Shown piece by piece: positions 61,804 through 64,000 of a DNA stretch of 64,000 bases. How positions within the stretch are numbered: the first letter of the stretch is position 1; every line of letters starts with the position of its first letter. Made by a program: the position numbers and the translations under genes. The notes beneath the pieces are model-generated. The model saw only the letters and a program-made list of their open reading frames with translations, did no database searches and was not told the origin of the DNA. The DNA is from an uncultured delta proteobacterium. GTDB lineage: Bacteria > Desulfobacterota > Binatia > UBA9968. Where the stretch lies: NCBI GenBank assembly GCA_963840855.1, contig CAWJBB010000024.1, positions 16,901-80,900 on the forward strand. Reading direction: 5' to 3'.

Positions 61804-63182
61804 ATCTGGCCACCATGCGATGTGATAATTTGTTTGGCGATTGCCAAACCCAATCCCGTACCATTCCCTGAAGCCGCGCCGTCGGCCCTCCCCTGCTGAA
61901 ACTTTTCGAAAATCGCGTCGAGATTTTCTGCGGCGATGCCCGGGCCGGTGTCCCATACCGAAACTTCAATGCCGCTGTTAATTGTCCTTGCTTTCACCTT
62001 AACCTTTCCGGACTTCGGTGTAAACTTCGCGGCGTTGCCGAGCAAGTTCCGCAGAACCTGCAGGATCCGCTCGCGGTCGATTTTGACCGGCGGTAATTCG
62101 GCGGCGACCTCCGTTTCGATCTCGATCTCTTTGGCTTCGATCAATGGAGCAATTTCAACCACCGCCTTGTGAATGAGGGGCGCCAGAGCGCTTTTCTCCA
62201 AGCCATAGGTCATCATCCCCGCCTCCATTTTCGAAAGATCCAACAGGGACGTGACCAGAGTAATCAAGCGATTGCTTTCTTCGGCGACGATGGTAAGAAG
62301 TTTTCGCTGCTTTTCAGTGGTGCTTCCGGCGACTCCGTCGAGCAATAGTCCGGTTCCTTCCTTGATGCAAGTCAGCGGCGTGCGCAGCTCGTGGGACATG
62401 GACGCGTAGAAATCAGCCTTCATTTTTTCCAGATCGTTCAATTTTTGGCACATCAAATTAAACGACGCCGCCAGGTCCCGAAGTTCCGGCGGCGAGGCAA
62501 TACGCAGGTTTGCTTCGAACTTTCCGTTAGAGATTTCCTGGGTCTTTTGTTTGAGAGCACCGATCGGTTTGGTGACGCTCCGGGTTATCACCAGCGAAAG
62601 CAACAGGATAAATATCAACGAGGCGCTGGTGATAATAACCGCGGTCTGGCGCGCCTGCGCGCCTACGTCCGCAAGCTCGCGGATCTTGCGATAGGTGTCC
62701 ATTTGCCGGTATGATGTGATGCGCTCCAAGGCGGCAAAGATTTCATCGGTCACTTTGCTCTTCTCCGCCTCATACCGGGCTTGGGGGTAATCTTGGCGAG
62801 CGTTTAGATGGCCCCGTTCTTTGTCGATGATTGCCTGGTAATGATCATGCTTTTGCTTGATTTCAGTCAGGATCTGCGCGGCGCCGGCGTCCGCCACGAC
62901 GAGCGCTTCGTCGAGATCACTTTGAAAATCCCCGGCGAATTTCTGAAATTCCCGGTAAAGCGCTTCTTCTTTGACGATCACGTATTTACGCTCGTAGCGA
63001 ATTTCGGATAGCAGGCTGTCGGATAATTTCTTCTCGTAGCCCCCCACCCGGATCTCGTTCTCAAGGATCGAGCGGGTAATGCGGTCGAAATGCTGCAGGT
63101 TTTGGAGGATATAGAGACTCACCCCTGAAACCAGGGCAAACACCACGAGAAATCCGATCACCAGACGTGAGAAGAGGCTCAT
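61746..63182 (-). CDS. HAMP-domain sensor histidine kinase (GlrK/QseE-like)
   Basis: Two TM segments, periplasmic helical domain, HAMP, SHELRTPL, NLLGNAAKF, DTGPGI, GTGLGL. Confidence 0.93.
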   Translation of the reverse strand: MSLFSRLVIGFLVVFALVSGVSLYILQNLQHFDRITRSILENEIRVGGYEKKLSDSLLSEIRYERKYVIVKEEALYREFQKFAGDFQSDLDEALVVADAGAAQILTEIKQKHDHYQAIIDKERGHLNARQDYPQARYEAEKSKVTDEIFAALERITSYRQMDTYRKIRELADVGAQARQTAVIITSASLIFILLLSLVITRSVTKPIGALKQKTQEISNGKFEANLRIASPPELRDLAASFNLMCQKLNDLEKMKADFYASMSHELRTPLTCIKEGTGLLLDGVAGSTTEKQRKLLTIVAEESNRLITLVTSLLDLSKMEAGMMTYGLEKSALAPLIHKAVVEIAPLIEAKEIEIETEVAAELPPVKIDRERILQVLRNLLGNAAKFTPKSGKVKVKARTINSGIEVSVWDTGPGIAAENLDAIFEKFQQGRADGAASGNGTGLGLAIAKQIITSHGGQIWAENQAERGSTFFFVLPS

Positions 63183-63581
63183 ACGTCGTTCGGAGAATCG
63201 CCGCTTTGCACGACTTGCCGGCTAAAAAATCTCACGATTTTTTGGATCGCGTCTAGACCAGCCGGACAGCGTACTCGAGAATCTCGCTGAGCTTACGAAT
63301 CTGAGTCGCCCGCATAGACCGCTCTTCAGGTGGCGAGGAAAAATAATCGTCGAGACTCTTTTTCAATTCCACTCCAAGAGCTCCACGCACTGTTCCATAC
63401 TGACCTTTTCGGAACAGCCACGCCGGGCTTTGTGTAGTTCCTCGATCTGGATGAGCCGACCCATTTCAATGACAAGAATATGGTCCACCGCCAAACATTG
63501 TCAAGTGCGACAAGAAACTTTCCCCTCAAGGCGATCAATCGCGCGTATCGCCCTCCGGCGTGTTGTGTTAAAATACCATCT

Positions 63582-64000
63582 ATGAAAATCGTCCGAAGTC
63601 CTGCGCTCCTAGCGTTTGCCCTTTGGCTTGTGTCTGTTCCGGTTTTCGCGGCAGAGTTCTACCGCTGGGTGGATGACAAAGGCACCGTTCACTTAACCGA
63701 CAATCTACACAACATTCCGGAAAACCGGCGCGGCACGGCGAGGCGCATACAGGGAAGCGAAGGCAACAGAAGCCAACCGCCGCCGGCAGCGGCGCCGACA
63801 AAGGCGTCGATCCCCTTTGAGAAGCATGGCTCCGTCGTCATTGTCGGCGCGACCTTGAACGGCAAAACCGTAAAGCTGGTCCTCGACACCGGCGCCAGTT
63901 TCACCATGATCTCCAGCGCGACCGCCAAGCAGCTTGATATAGACCCGAGCCAAAATACCCGTACGATGCCGTTTTTCAAACCGCCAACGGAATGATCCAA
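63582..64000 (+). CDS. DUF4124 + retropepsin-like aspartyl protease (partial, runs off the window)
   Basis: Signal peptide, YRWVDDKGTVHLTD, LVLDTGASFTMIS. Confidence 0.85.

Overview
GC-rich bacterial chromosomal window with no rRNA, tRNA, CRISPR array or phage genes. The gene content resembles Candidatus Binatia / Deltaproteobacteria-type genomes (inference): many solute-binding proteins (SBPs), MetE-like, ThDP-dependent, MmgE/PrpD and dihydroxyphthalate-decarboxylase-like enzymes, and REP-like intergenic repeats. About 15-20 otherwise intact genes carry single-base frameshifts, which points to long-read consensus errors rather than true pseudogenes. Left to right: at least four tandem TAXI-TRAP SBPs; a MetE-like enzyme; a heme-oxygenase-like diiron protein; two alpha/beta-hydrolases that both have Ala in place of the nucleophile Ser; an Fe(III)-type ABC transporter; an orphan E1 alpha/beta pair; a TctCAB block with duplicated decarboxylase-like genes and MmgE/PrpD; an A-enriched degenerate IS256; tesA-ybbA-ybbP; an M1 aminopeptidase; a TetR-RND efflux operon with two operators; an FGE-domain/SBP/ThDP/UGSC/DoxX cluster; msrA; a three-domain Rid protein; a ferredoxin-zinc-ribbon fusion; and a GlrK/QseG/GlrR-like sigma-54 module with a downstream -24/-12 promoter. 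Best-supported hidden feature: two ORF-track ORFs (48835-49158 and 49282-50478) are one in-frame reading frame through a UGA. This gives a U-G-S-C selenoprotein of about 535 aa with a SECIS-like hairpin 11 nt after the UGA.
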